This document shows positions 1-41,500 of a stretch of DNA of 64,000 bases, one piece after another. The DNA comes from Hormiphora californensis (Eukaryota > Animalia > Ctenophora). A model generated the notes under the pieces. That model did not search any database. It had not been told where the DNA came from and saw only the letters and a list, made by a program, of their open reading frames with translations. The position numbers were made by a program, and so were the translations under genes. Where the stretch lies: NCBI GenBank assembly GCA_020137815.1, contig CM035352.1:558001-622000 (forward strand), in the 5' to 3' direction. Position 1 is the first letter of the stretch, and each line of letters opens with the position of its first letter.

Positions 1-453
1 AAGGAGATCCCGAACTATATACGCCAGAGCGGAGCCTTTCCAGTTAGATATACCCCGTAGTCCATCAGTCACATACATGACATTGCTTCCTTCAACCTTG
101 CCTTGTATAGCAGCTGCAACCAGTGCCGGGGGCCCTCCCACATAAACATCTAGACCTGGCTGATCAATTCCACCCATTTTATCCTCCTCGATAACAACAG
201 CGTTGTTTTGGTAAACTTTGTAATCTTCAGTCTTGTTCAGTCCCACGTTATTAGCAGCTTGGATATCAGGGAAGACCCTCCCGAACAGTTGCACAACATC
301 TGAAGGAGCATTCAGGACATCCCACAACAATTCATGTTCCCGAGTCCTTCGTTCCAACTCCTCCAGAATTACCCTCCCCTCGGTGAGATTGGGAAACTGA
401 GCCGGATCAATGGTCAGGGGTTCCAAGATGTATGGGTCAGTAGCTTGAGGCAT
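1..453 (-). CDS. 5' part of a putative FAD/NAD-binding oxidoreductase-like protein (runs off window start)
   Basis: Stop-free frame from ATG at 453 to base 1 (151 codons, MPQATDPYILEP...). Contains VYVGGPPALVAAA, resembling a Rossmann beta-alpha dinucleotide-binding start. Not in the supplied ORF track because no stop is in the window. Confidence 0.55.
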   Translation of the reverse strand, partial: MPQATDPYILEPLTIDPAQFPNLTEGRVILEELERRTREHELLWDVLNAPSDVVQLFGRVFPDIQAANNVGLNKTEDYKVYQNNAVVIEEDKMGGIDQPGLDVYVGGPPALVAAAIQGKVEGSNVMYVTDGLRGISNWKGSALAYIVRDLL

Positions 454-871
454 GTCCTTAGAGGCGAACTACAAAGATAACAAACTAAAGAAGAGAAAAA
501 AATGACTTCCTATATAAGTGTGGGAGCAGGTAGAGCCTCGTGGCAGCTGCGTCACATTGTGCAACGATAATAAAGCGGCGAGTCAGGAGAATTTATGTTG
601 TAGTGTGACGAGTTTACAAAAACCGGTTATTTATTACCTTGTTCGACCCTCCCTCAAAACAAGTTATTTAGTGGAAGACAACAACAAGTTGCATACAAAA
701 TTACAAATTTCACACAAACACTGTTAAACAATAAACGGTTAAAATCTCTGACACAATCAACCCAGGTCCCTTCCCTTAAATAACTAACTCTCTTTCACTA
801 ATTCTTCCATGAGTCTGTCCCCTCTCTCTCTACTCTTCTTCCTGTACATCCAGCACCGGTCTACTCAACTA

Positions 872-3800
872 TCACCGTTTTCGAAGTCTATCAATCAGCC
901 ATTCCATCGCTTCATCAACTCCTGTCCGGTCTTTAATACTACACTTGCACAACTGTACGGAAAAGGGAATATTATGTCATATATAGGGTAGACCGGGGTA
1001 ATTTGGACGGTGGGGCAATGTGGTCACAGGACGGGGCAATGTGGACTAGTGATTTATATGGGACTTTTAAATTGTGGTGTTTAGTGTGAAATAACGAAAA
1101 ATGACGACTTTAAAGTTAAACTTTATTTTGGTAAACTTAATTATGATAATTATTTAAATTAAGGGTCAGAATTTCACAATATGATACTTTTCTATCCAGT
1201 TTCATCATCAAAATGACATTAGCTTTCGATTTAATTAGCTAATTTGCATTTTAATGAAGCGGGGCAATTCGGACAATTTGGGGCAATTCGGACGAAAAAA
1301 TCGGGGGCAATTCGGTCATAAACCAGATTACCCCATGGGGCAATTTGGACTAGACCAAATTGCCCCATGGGGCAAATTGGTTAATACAAATTGGCCTCAT
1401 GGCGCCATTATACTCGTTTCTGTGGTAACCATAGACAACCTGCTTTCATAATTATCCTATTCAATCAATATAGATGGCTAAAACTGAGTAAATAGACCAA
1501 AAAATAGAAAAAAAGGCGCATTTTACAACCAATTCTCTGGTTGCCAAGGTAACAAGTCAATCCATGGTGTGGCATTCGACAATCCAACTTAATACATTGA
1601 GTGGGAATCGGCCACTGTCATGTTTTATTAGACTGGATCCCCATAATAGTAATTTCTGGCCTTGTAAGCACCTGAAAACACAAACATCATTCCTTTGAAA
1701 ACCGTAACTTTATTTGTGGCTTTTTGATCTTTGATGTCGATTTTCTCAAAAACCCTATTTGGGATAAGATTAAATCTTTTTCTAGTCAACTAGGCTAATC
1801 CTGAGCTTTCGAAAATGCACCCTACCGATATAGATCTGATGAATACTTAATTTTTTGGTTAATTAGGCTAATTACTACTTAATTAACTAATTTTGAAAAA
1901 AGGAATAACACGGTATACTAAATTACTAGATGACTGAAAAGTTTGAAATCGATATCTCAAAAACTGTGGCTACAATCTAAGTTTGTCCAAATAGCCCCAA
2001 CCTCGGTCTGATTTACATCGCAGATTTACAGCTGGGGCAATGTGGTGTGTCGCGGTCACGTGATTGAATGTGCGCATTGTGATTGGTGTAGAAGCCACTA
2101 GTCCAAATTGCCCCGTGTCTCGCGATCAAAAATATTCCGACTTACCTTCATTAACAAGGTTAATTAGCTAATTAAAAGTTATGTTTTCGATTCAAATTTG
2201 TTCTGAGGCTCAAGATAAAGGTTCAGTTGCACAAATTGAGTAGCTAACTAATTGATTAAGTAAATTAATGGCTCTTGAAATACCAATTGAATGCAAAAAC
2301 CGTCCAAATTACCCCGGTCTACCCTAACGTGATTATAATGTCTTAAAATAAATCTGTGCTCTGTATGAAGCAGGTCGTTACCATGACAACCTGAAACAGG
2401 TATTTCTTACCAATCTGGGCTCGTATTTCATTTTCTCTCATGCTCGAACTACACAATCATTCCTCACCTTTATTGATCGATCCTTTATTTGTGAAACATC
2501 AAAGACTTCCATCATCCGTTCACTCTCCTCCTCCGACAATAGATCTTGTTTGTTCGCTAGAGAAACAGTTTCATATATTAGTGGTTACCATAGTAATTAG
2601 TTACCATGATGTCAACATAGATAATGGTAGTTGGTACGTGTTACCATGCTTACATAACTACAAACCTATGATGAGAATGGGTGCCTTTGATAGTTCAGGA
2701 CTTGTTATGACTTTCTCGATTTCTTCCAACACTTCGTTATATCTGTAGGAAGGGATATTAATTGTTAGGCGACTTGTTCCAATAAGTGATTTAGAGATGC
2801 CAAGGAATTTAAAAAAAATATCCTTAATTATCATTGGGACATGTGGGCCACATGTCCCAGTGATAAGGATGATGTTGCTAAATTCTAAAAGTAAAGGAAG
2901 TTGCTAAAATTGGTGATGCCAAGGACAAGAACTATCACGGAGAAAGTCGTGTGATTCGGTACTACACACAGAGATAACACAGAGAGATACATCGGTGAGG
3001 TACTATAACACACAGAGATAACACAGAGAGATACATCGGTGAGGTACTATAACACACAGAGATAACACAGAGAGATAGATTGGGGAGGTACTATAACACA
3101 CAGAGATATCACAGAGAGATAGATTGGGGAGGTACTATAACACACAGAGATATCACAGAGAGATAGATTGGGGAGGTACTATAACACACAGAGATATCAC
3201 AGAGAGATAGATTGGGGAGGTACTATAACACACAGAGATATCACAGAGAGATAGATTGGGGAGGTACTATAACACACAGAGATATCACAGAGAGATAGAT
3301 CGGGGAGGTACTATAACACACAGAGATATCACAGAGAGATAGATTGGGGAGGTACTATAACACACAGAGATATCACAGAGAGATAGATTGGGGAGGTACT
3401 ATAACACACAGAGATATCACAGAGAGATAGATTGGGGAGGTACTATAACACACAGAGATATCACAGAGAGATAGATTGGGGAGGTACTATAACACACAGA
3501 GATATCACAGAGAGATAGATTGGGGAGGTACTATAACACACAGAGATATCACAGAGAGATAGATCGGTGAGGTACTATAACACACAGAGATAACACAGAG
3601 AGATAGATCGGTGAGGTACTATAACACACAGAGATAACACAGAGAGATAGATTGGGGAGGTACTATAACACACAGAGATAACACAGAGAGATAGATTGGG
3701 GAGGTACTATAACACACAGAGATATCACAGAGAGATAGATTGGGGAGGTACTATAACACACAGAGATAACACAGAGAGATAGATTGGGGAGGTACTATAA

Positions 3801-4853
3801 CACACAGAGATAACACAGAGAGATAGATCGGTGAGGTACTATAACACACAGAGATATCACAGAGAGATAGATTGGGGAGGTACTATAACACACAGAGATA
3901 ACACAGAGAGATAGATCGGTGAGGTACTATAACACACAGAGATAACACAGAGAGATATATTGGGGAGGAAGTTTGTAAACAAATACAGAGCTGTTTACAC
4001 GACAGAATTGTTTGCATTGCCCGTTTAAATGCTCACACATGGCGGCATACACATGGCGGCACTAAACCATGTCGATAGTATCCACCTGTATCAATTGGAT
4101 ACCAAGAAACAATACTCTAATATAAACTAAAACACTAAATACTGAACAAAAAGTCTTAGAATGAAAAGTCATTACTCACAAACAGACAGGTCTAACCAGT
4201 CATGCGGTAAGATACAACAACTTCATAGTGTGATCAACTACCATTATTATAGTACCTACCTATCTTCATCCTTGCTGTCTATAACAAACACAACAGCCTG
4301 GGCAGACAGAAAGTATTTCTCCCAAAGTGCTATGAGTCGATCCTGTCCACTAAGATCCCATGCATGTAGTTTAACTAACCCCCGGTAATCTAACGTCTCA
4401 ACCTTGTAGAGAAGTAGATTATTAGCAAAGCAGGTGTTAGTGGAAGTAGTATTGTAGGAACCGAGAAGGGGGTTCGACTACTATAAAGATCACAAAATAT
4501 ACTTTTCCAGCTGATATTAATGGTAGTTTTTAGGTTGAAACCCCACTCCACGTAGGAAGTATATGACAGTAAGTTGGGATGATTTCTATTTACCTTAGGA
4601 CCAATGGTAGGTTCAGTCTTGATCTCACCAGCACTATCTCCTTCTCGTAACAAGTGTATCAACGATGTTTTCCCTGTGAATCATAAGAACAGATTTAAAA
4701 ACGAGTCAAAGAACAAGTTAGGTTTTTTGAACTCAAAACAAGTTTCCTACACATACCTGCGCTTGCTAGGCCAATTACTATGATACTATAGGCTCCATCA
4801 GGAAAGATTCTATTAGTGATTGGTTTCGCCAGTAGAGACAACAATAGGCCCAT
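872..4853 (-). CDS. ARF/ARL-family small GTPase, 6 coding exons
   Basis: Spliced translation MGLLLSLL...GLASAGKTS (G1)...PTIGPKVETLDY...WDLSGQ (G3)...VVFVIDS...IIANKQD (G4)...CSIKDRTGVDEAMEWL*. N-terminal MG myristoylation site; GT-AG junctions in consistent phase. Confidence 0.9.
986..2324. mobile_element. Non-autonomous Tc1/mariner (pogo-like) DNA element in the last ARL intron
   Basis: 25-bp TIR GGGTAGACCGGGGTAATTTGGACGG at 986-1010 with its reverse complement at 2300-2324; TA on both flanks; internal GGGGCAAT repeats; no transposase ORF. Confidence 0.85.
2955..3968. repeat. 44-bp minisatellite (~23 copies), intronic
   Basis: Unit GAGGTACTATAACACACAGAGATATCACAGAGAGATAGATTGGG repeated head to tail with minor variants. 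Confidence 0.95.
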
Positions 4854-7661
4854 TATAGTGCGGACACTTGGTCATGAGGAAACTACCTGGGACACGGGTG
4901 ATGTTTACCATAGTTGCCATGGTTACCACATAATAGTAACCATGGGGTCTGAGTTTTCGAGTATAAAATTACGAATCACAGAGTGAGCGAAGACCGATGT
5001 CAGACAAGATATATCAGGTGCACAATAAACACACATAACAACAATAACGAGAGTTAAATGAATAATGATGCAAGATAGTTAGTAGCTGACATGTATGTCT
5101 TGTTGAGTACCCAACATGCCACAGCTAACTGTATTGTACTGATATATTATCAGGTCGGACATTTGTGTCGACACACATCAAGCAATCCAGGGATAAATCA
5201 GAAAGTAAGGGACAGCTCAGAGAGTCAGGGACATATTAGGAACAAATCAGGAACACGCTACGCATACAAGACCAGCACTAAGGTGCAACCTTTACACGCA
5301 CTTAACATCATATCATAGACCACACGACGATTAATAACACCACAATGGTGACAACTCGTTGTTGTGACTACCAGCTCAATAGATGATGCGTGTGTGGGCT
5401 GTCTAAACACACAATCACCTTCCTACCTGGGAGACAACAAAGCCGAAGATGAAGCGAGAGGAGGGGGGAACGAGATGGGGAGAGTGAGAATCGGAAAACT
5501 CGATCTTTGATTTGCATACGTGAAGAGGACCTTGCGAGATGAGAAGGGTGCCAGGAGCAGACAGAGGAGACTGACGAGCGGAGAGAGAGTGGATAGAGGA
5601 CGACCCGCAATACAAGACGCGAGCGCGCGATCAGACCCTATGGGAGAGGACGGCAGTGCTTCGCAGCCCACGAGATGGTCGACGACGGGAGAAGATGTCT
5701 GAGGGCTGACGACTGGAGCGGAGGGAGAAGAGGAGAGCGGACTGGTACGAGAGAGAGGGAGCGCGTTACTTGACGAGAGAGTCTGATAGGACCGAGCGAG
5801 GGAAGGAGAGGTGTATCGAGAGAGCGAGAACTCTTTTGGTTTTCGGCAGAAAGAGCAGCCGAGAGTCGCCGCGATCCGAGTATGACATCATGTTCCCGAT
5901 GTTGGACCCGACGATGCGCCTCTAAGAAGTGAGGAGATGAGCTTAGTGAGTATACGGAATGTGATGTTCCGCCCGATGACGCCCTTCGAGAGGATCGGTG
6001 GTTGAAGATCGAGAGCAGACGACGAGATCTTCAGACTAGTGAGCGACGGAACACTTTGGATTGACGAGAGCAGCCTGGCGAGACGAGGCCCGCCTTCGGT
6101 TCCGAGATGACCGCAGAGAGACTGAGTTCTCGATCAGCTAAGCGAGAGATTGGAAGTTGGCGCCCCGAGACGAGGAGGCGTGAGCAAGGATGAGGATCGA
6201 GTAGACGGAGAGGACATGAGGAGAGAGATTGATCGCGAACGTTTTGCTGAGAGAGCGGGAGCAGAAGTATGAGGTAGAGAGCCGATCCCGATTGAGAATG
6301 GACTTGAGATGAGCATGATATGCTACTTGCCCCAGAGCCTGAGGAGAATTCGTTTGTTGATGATCGAGAGGAACCGCAGAGATTTCGCATTGCGATGCTG
6401 AGAGGACTATTGAGAAATTTCTCCCAGAGTGATCTGGTGTCGCTCGGGCCGAGATGTCTTCCGTGACAGAGGGGTTTTGAAGCGCAACGAGGTAGCTCCC
6501 ACCCCGACTTAGCGATTGCCGAGACATCCGAGATACACCAGCGAAGATACTTACCTGCAGAACATGAATCTCCAATTGGAGCATTCAGAGGGGGGTATTT
6601 ATTCCGCTCCCCCTGCTGTATTGAGGGAGGTGAGACACATGAGACGAGAGACGAGCAGCCGAGGAGCGAGTTCGAGACCGTAGTTTAGACGAGCCTGAGA
6701 GTAGCCGGGTGCGCGGCCTAGGTCGAGGAGGAGCGAGTGATATGACGGTCACTTGAGAGGCTCGACCGCGAGGAGGAGAGAGCCGAGAGTGACTCCTCGG
6801 ATGTGGACGACTAGATGAGCCGATGAGGAGAGACCACCTGTAGCGAGGGAATCGTCCGGACTGAGAGACTAGATGACCGTCCGACTCATCCGAGTTCGTC
6901 CGGGACCCCGCCGATGATCAGAGAGGAGAGAAGGAAGAGAGCGTGATGCGAACCCCTTCCCGAACAGACTGATGCTCTTAACCCCGACTGTGGCAGAGCG
7001 CCTGAAGTCACTCCGTCTGACGAGAACCGCTCCCCCCGGATGCCCTCGGCTCAACGGACTTTGCGGTTAGAGCGATCCGTGTCACCTAGTCTTATCGTTT
7101 CTGTTCTGCACACTCAGCCTAGCCTACTGAGTGCATGACTCTAGGCATCTGGTAGACCGCACTTCCCGTTGCACGATGCCTACGCCCCGACTCCGCTACA
7201 CCCTCACCGGTAGGAATTCTCGTAGGGATAATGCGCAGATTGACTGATGGGTGTGTTTGAGGGCAGTGGCTGTCCGCTTTGATGTGGCGTAGTAGACGAG
7301 AGGAGAGAGAGAGATAGGAGAGAGGGAGATGAGAGAAGAGAGAGAGAGCGGAGATCAGACGAGGAGAGAGAGAGAGAGAGAGAGAGGAGGGATAGAAAGA
7401 TGTTAGAGAGAAGAGAGAGTTCACTGTTCACTGAACAGTGTTCAGAGTACCTATGACTTGTTTAGCCAAAGCCCAAAGGGCTATGTAACCCCTTTGGGAG
7501 AAGACCCAAGAGAGAAGAAGAGAGGAAGAGAGACTACCGGGATAAATGATACTCAAACAAAAATACTAGAATGTGTGTGGAACAAGCCGATGGATGAGAT
7601 TGTAAGCAGCATTTAATGGCAATGAACAGAGAATTGAAAAGTATGAATACCAGGAGGTTAT

Positions 7662-7665
<4 letters not shown>

Positions 7666-7704
<39 letters not shown>

Positions 7705-7735
7705 CGGGGGGGGGGGGGGGGGGGGGGGGGGGGGT
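7666..7735. repeat. Poly-G tract
   Basis: About 70 nt of near-pure G. Confidence 0.9.
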
Positions 7736-9059
7736 GTGTGTGGGGGGCGGGGGGACCAGAAAATTAATTCGAGACGATACATAAGAAAAAGAAATGGAGT
7801 GAGAGAGAGAGACTGTCATACTGGTCTGACACTGAAGATCAAGTGAGAGACATGTTGGAAAATTGGAAATTTTCTTAGTTTGGAAAAACAAAGCATTTTC
7901 TTGTTAGCCTGAACACACATACACACACACACACTCTCTCTCTCTCTCTCTAGTCTCTTCTCGCGCGTCGCTTCGCTGTATCTATTATCTCTCTCTCTCT
8001 CTCTCTTCTCTCTTCCCAAATAGAGTTTTACCGACAATATGATTTACAATAAATGGGATAGCACCAAATTTCAAGAGTGCTAAATAATTGGTTTAAGAGC
8101 AATAACCATATGAGGTGGAACATACATCATTGTTCATGATTTTCCATGTAGTGTCATAATAAGTCAAAAACAGAAAATTGATTTTCGGGTCAGAGGGCCT
8201 TTAACTGCAGCACCTCTCTTTTGTATCGTTGAAGATCATGTAAGTTTGTAATCAGCTCCAGAATCTAGATCCTGTCGAGCACTTTACCAGGAATCCCTTC
8301 AAAATCAAAGTGTGTTATTTTCTCTATTTTCATTACTGATTACCATCTTAGACTGTGGTGTGCCTGGCCCAAACGAAACCGGTTAGCCCCTTTTTATTTT
8401 TTTCATTTATTTGGGGTTGTTCTTTTCCAAATGGGGAATGGTTGAAAAAAAAGTGAATTTTGGGTTTACAGAAAACTAAAAAGCCACCTCAGTATATGAC
8501 AGAGAAGGAGCAGACAGAGAATGAAACAGAGACGGCCAAAGCCGTAGTACAGTTATTGAACAAGAATGAGAAACAGAGGAGGAGGACCTGGGAGAGAGCG
8601 GAAGAGAAGAAACGTAGAAAAGGGAGAGGAGAGACAGAGAGGGCGAGAGACGAGAGGAGCAGGGAGAAAGTAGATGGAGAATGTAAGAGAGAGGGAGCGC
8701 AGAGCCGTAGTCAATCCGAGCAGAGGAGACGAGAGCAGAAGGAGAGATTGCTGACGACGAGAGAGAGAGATAGCAGAGGAGAGCGATAAGAGAGGAGCGC
8801 GATGAGAGAGAAGAGTGAGCGCGAGGAGGACGAGAGCAGCGGTAGATCGGGAGGAGAGAGTGAGAGCCGAGCTACGACAGGCGTAGAGAGAGTGCGGATC
8901 TAGCGCGAGGAGCGAGAGCTAGATGACGAGATGAGGAGTCGAGTATAGCACTATGCAGATCTCTCTCTCTCTCACGTCTCGCTCTCTCGAGAATCTCTAG
9001 TTCGCTCTCTTCTACTCTCACTCTCTACTTTCCTCACTATCTCTCTCTCCGTATCTCTT

Positions 9060-9140
<81 letters not shown>

Positions 9141-9525
9141 CTGCTAGTTCTTCAAATGTGAACTACCTGAAATGCTCTACACTGACATGCTGCTTGTCTC
9201 ACGCTCGAGTCGGTGTGAGTCGGAGTGTGTGTGTCCTTTCCAGAATTAAAACATCCTGATTAACATAAGATTGTTTGAATACCGAACATTGCAAGAGTAA
9301 AACCTAATAATATTATTATAGCCAATTGGCAACAAAATATATATTTGTGTGCGATTGAGTTCTGTCAACAATATAAATGTACTGAACTGTCAGCTGTTGG
9401 AACCGATATTTCATTACCTTTAAACCCCAATTCTTTCTAGCAATCTATCACCTTATCCCCCCCTTATTCCCCGACTCTTCCTTCTCAATCATCCCCCAAC
9501 ATCTAACTATATTCCTCTTCTTCAG

Positions 9526-30886
<21,361 letters not shown>

Positions 30887-31513
30887 AGAGGATTTACTTA
30901 ATGAACTATCTGATTTATTGAACTAAGTTGCAGTGTGTGCATGGTGTGAAGATTCACAGAGACTGAGAGAGAAAGCAGCTCAGGAATATGATGTCGATAT
31001 ATCAATTATCAGTGTTATTCAGATTTAGGTATAAGCATGTGATTGTGTTGTAAATAGAGCTGATGATTGGTAGATACCCCCTGTAAATACACAATGTACA
31101 AAGTTTCCAGAACTGCCTTTTGATAAAATCTGACCCTTTTATTTGGTTTATACCCGGGGGAGACTTGTTGAGTAAGGGGTCACTTAACAAGGGGAGACAC
31201 GGTGACTGTGAGGTGACTATTAGGTTTCTTGGGTCTGTTTCATTTACATTTGGCGGAAATCACACATTATTTGTATTGGGGATAACAACAGTTAATGACA
31301 ACTAACAATTGTAATCACATCTATATCAGTCATCCAAGAGACAGTAATTAGCTGTCTTATTCGTGAACTGTCTTTCTTCTTTCTCCCTCTCTGAACCACC
31401 ACCTTCTCGTTCATTTCATTCATATTCACACACGCACAATTAACGATCCATTTCAATATACAATCTTCATCTCATCAGGATAACAGACCGACATTTGGTC
31501 ATCTCACTGTATC

Positions 31514-37054
<5,541 letters not shown>

Positions 37055-38508
37055 TGTTGATACACCTATCACCTATATCAAGTGAGGTCGGATTAGATAA
37101 TAACAGAACAACAAGTGACAAGCGAAGGAGAGCAGTGTGGTTCAAGCAACATTACTGAAATATGAACATGTGAACTGTGAAGGTCGGATAGACAAGGGGT
37201 TTGTAATGGGGTTTTACTAATTGAACTACAGTCGCGACAACAAGTCCTGCTAATTAGAGCACTTGTCCCGTCCAATTAGTAGGATCACTTGTCAATTAGC
37301 ATGCAGTGAGAGAGGACTGGTAAACACACTCATGGCAAGAGATGTGTTGGAGCATTTACACGCACTACACGCGATACATTTTGAGTTTTACATATGAGAG
37401 AGAGAGGGAGGGGACAGAGTGAGACAGAGAATGTTTAACAACTAACGCTCCATAACAAGTGAACAACGTTGGACCTCCTTCAGCTTTCTAAAATCTCAAC
37501 TGGAGGAGCTGATGACTATAACTTAGTGAAACACTCGGCAAGTAGCGATCTCTGTTTTACAAACATGCTCTCCAATTTAAAACGGATCATCTACAAAGAG
37601 ATGGCCCAAACCTGAAAACTTAACCACCAATCATGTAGATGGCGGTTATTTAATTTATTTACAAAATACATATTAAAGAATGGAACAGCGATAGGATAGA
37701 CTTCAAAATGTCTGCGGTCGACCACAAGTATTGGTGGTTGGTATCAAATTTTGCACTTCCATACTCCAGGCTGCATGCTACAGAGCTGCAAACCGTCTGT
37801 CAGAAGGTCAACCACAAAGTGGGAGGCAGACACGCGGTTAATCTTTGTGGTCACAGCCAACCAGAGAGCTCGCACAACTGCAAAGTAGCGGTAGATCTGC
37901 CGTGGATGCCTGGGAATCGGTGTACAAACATCAGATTCAATAAATAAAGCTAAATAATGTCTGTGGAATTGTGACACCTTAGTTACTAACTTGGGGCCGG
38001 AAACACCACTTCAACACCATGAGTGACAAGTAAAATCGTGACGAAACGTGAGAAAAAGCGCGATTTTAAAAATCTGTCGGACCGCGGCGCGCGAAATATT
38101 CGACATCGAGAACAGATTTTTGTGACGCGCGTGTGCGCGTTATAATTTTGCAGTTTGCAGTGTAGTTTTATTGATTCAGCGCGTGTCGCAAATTGGAGAT
38201 TGGTTGAATTCGTCAGTTTTTAGCTTTGTTTCTCGTCTAACAAACACTCGTATACCTAACCACAAAAATAATATTAACAACAAGTTAACAAAATATGAAT
38301 ACATAACCTCAACGCAACTTAGCAGATGTCTTCTTCCTTTTCATAAACAGTAACATAAAATGTAAAAGTGAACGGATTAACGAATAACTAAAACAATCCC
38401 GTCGCGTGGATGGATTAGATCTAACTTAAGATCATAGGCATGATTGTTCTATTTGCTCTACCACAGTATAGAGGGATGTGTATAACTCAATCCTATTGAC
38501 AATAGATT

Positions 38509-41500
38509 CTACTTCTTAGTTCCTTCTGAATTCTCATTCTGTTCAGTCTGTTCCTTCTTGACAACGCCTGATCCTGTTTCCTGTTTCTTCAGGGCACCTC
38601 TCAGAGCAGTTATAAGCTGGATAAGTAGACCCTTCTTCACCTCGTTCTCCTTTATACACGCCAACTCTTTAGTAGTCAGACTGAATATCGAGCCGTACAC
38701 AATAGCTATCACCTGAGTGGGCCGTTTATCAGTTTGTCAGTTTAGGAACTGTAATTATAGATCAATATTATTATAGATCAATCCATAGTTTGAGATGTTC
38801 CTTACCGTGCTGACAAGACAGAGAACGTTGAAGGGCATACTAAAGTCAGGAGTAGGGAGGTACACAAGAGGGGAGTCTGAGTACAATCGGACTACCTGCT
38901 GTGGGAGGAAGGGTTAGAAGGAGTGTGACTCAAATGAACCCATCAAAACAAGTGATGTTTACAGCGGTGAGGATCTACTTCAAAATTGTAGCAATGAAGT
39001 GACGTCATTACATGTGTCATAATGACGTCATAATGACGTCATTGCATGACGTGATACAACTCACCTCGTTATCTTTGTAGGACACAACTCCGCTTGGTAT
39101 GTGTCTGCCGTGATGGGCATCGGGAGGATACTCGTTCCATCTCAGTAGTAGCGGATCAAACTGAAACAAACTTGATGTAGATTTTATACTGATCACACTT
39201 TGAGTTCCTAACATTGTTTGTCACGTGCATAAACAATAATCCAAAATGATGTTTGGTCCCATGCTAGATACTTGTTTTTCTACCACTAACCTGGATACTA
39301 AACTTGGCAGTAGACCGTGCTGGTATAGTAAACACTATCTCCAGAGTATAGGGAGTCTCTCTATCCCTGGCCAGATCAAGATTCAACTTCTCATGGGTAA
39401 TGGGGGATGAGAGGTCGGTGATGGACATGGTGTGGACGTAGAGACGCAGCCACCAGGGAACAACCTGTAGGGGAGGCAGGGAGAGAGAATAATTCCACCA
39501 AGGCATGTGCTAATAGTACATTAGCAGTTCATTGAACTACTCTGATACAGTCGGACCCCGATTTAGGGACACCCTCGGGGGAAAGGCTCTTGTCCACTAA
39601 ATCGGGGTGTCCACTAAATCGGGGCCAAATAAGGTTAATTTACTATATCGGGGGGAAAAAATCCTGTCCCTAAATCGGGGTGCCACTAAATCGGGGGCCC
39701 CTAAATCGGGGTCCGACTGTAATGGATATATCACGACGAGTGGGACACACCATGTCCCAACTGCATGTTTACCTGCATGTATAGGACTGTAATATCGGTA
39801 TCTCTGTTATTGGTAAACAGTGTCACAATATGTCCCGAACTACTGCTACTGATCCTACTAATGTAGGTATGTACATGGATCGCTGGTGGCACTACTCTAG
39901 CTGGCCTGGGAGAATGAAGGGTTAAATGAGGATGAATTGTCGGTTGTTTGTAGCAATTCAGATAAAACCTGAGAGCAACTTCACTAACCCTGCATTTTGA
40001 TTGTCAGGAATGTTAACTGCCACATTCAGTATCTTGGTCTGGGTGATGTTGCCTGCATCAAAAGTGACACCCTTACCAGAGAGTGGAGTGTGCAGGTTAG
40101 GAGTTATAGTAGCACCTTCCCCTGGAGTCTCAACATTTATCTGATCAGAGGGGGTATCATTTGGCTAACATGAAACACAATAATGTCCCATACAATCATC
40201 TAATATAGTAACATTGTGGGCACAAAATTATTAATTAGTCAATCTTTACCGTAGTTGAGGAAGCTACTGGGCATGTATCTACTAATGTTCGTCCTAACAA
40301 CCCCTTCATACTCCAGCTGGCCCTCCCGTAGAGTTGGAGGGGAGCAAATACCAGAGATATCCTCTGCTCAATAACCTAGTGGGAAACACCTTGAGTACTA
40401 TAACCACACAAGACACACATGCTTCCACTCCTAGATCTAAGGAAAGGGGGGTCTCACTAGGATTCAGGGGGTAACCTCCGACTACTAACCCATGCGATTC
40501 CATCTCCCATCCTTATCCTTCTCACGGTCAGGGAGAGAGAATGGTAGGCAGTATTGTAGATCTTGCTAGAGTCCAGGAGGGAGGCAAGTCCAGAGGACGA
40601 GGAACATGGAAGGAGTTTTAACCAGGGTGTCAGGTTCTCTGTACACACCACCTCTGCCGGGGAGACACCATACCGGACATAATCGCGATCTGGTGGGGGA
40701 ACAGGTGAAACAGATACTATAGTACCCAGCAAACACAGTTGGCGTAAGTTGCTTGTCAGCGCCAAATTTCAGACGGCCATAGATCCACCCCCTGATAAGA
40801 TAGAGACTCGAAATTTGTTTTGTAAGGAGATCATGTCGAGTTCTTCTTACACAAACAATTTCAAGTCTCTATCTCACCAGGGAGTGGAGCTATGACCGTC
40901 TGAAATTTGGCGCTGGCAAGCAATTCACGCCAACTGTGTTTGCTGGGTACTTTAGGTTTACATGGAACAGACTGTCGGCTATTGTTCGAATATTTACTAC
41001 ATAACATACTACTACTACTACTACTATGTACCTCCTTTTGTGGTTGTTAGACCGGTAGGCTTGAGGGAAAAGAGAGGAGAGACGGTATCCTCTGAGGAGA
41101 GGCTGCCCAGGGATGCACATGTTATACCTGTAGAGTAATGTTAATTAATGTTAATTAATGTTAATGTGATCATTTGAAATAAAATCCAAATCAGAAGTTG
41201 GGGCCCCCAGAATTTGTGACTGCAGTTTATGTGAACAACAGAGCTGAGAGTGTTCCAATCTCTCACCTGATATAGAGTTACGGACGTGTTGCCAGCGGGT
41301 ATCAACAGTTTCTGATTTCCCCCCGAACCAAACTAAGAACTGAGCACCGGGTGGTGCAGTGTTTTCCGTGAAACCCCATAACCTGTCTCTCCACATACCC
41401 TGAAATAATTATTTGCATTCTGATAAACTGGAATGGGCTTACAAGACTTTAGTAGAACTAGAATACCTGAGTGAGGGTAAGGGAGAGTTCCTCAACCTCG

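Noticed and set aside
2955-3968. Regular repeat arrays (also 21941-23104) as CRISPR arrays
   Set aside because: Units are contiguous with no unique spacers, there are no cas genes, and the context is eukaryotic introns.
37700-38350. Possible small gene between Runx and PIG-T
   Set aside because: No recognisable protein or consistent exon chain could be built.
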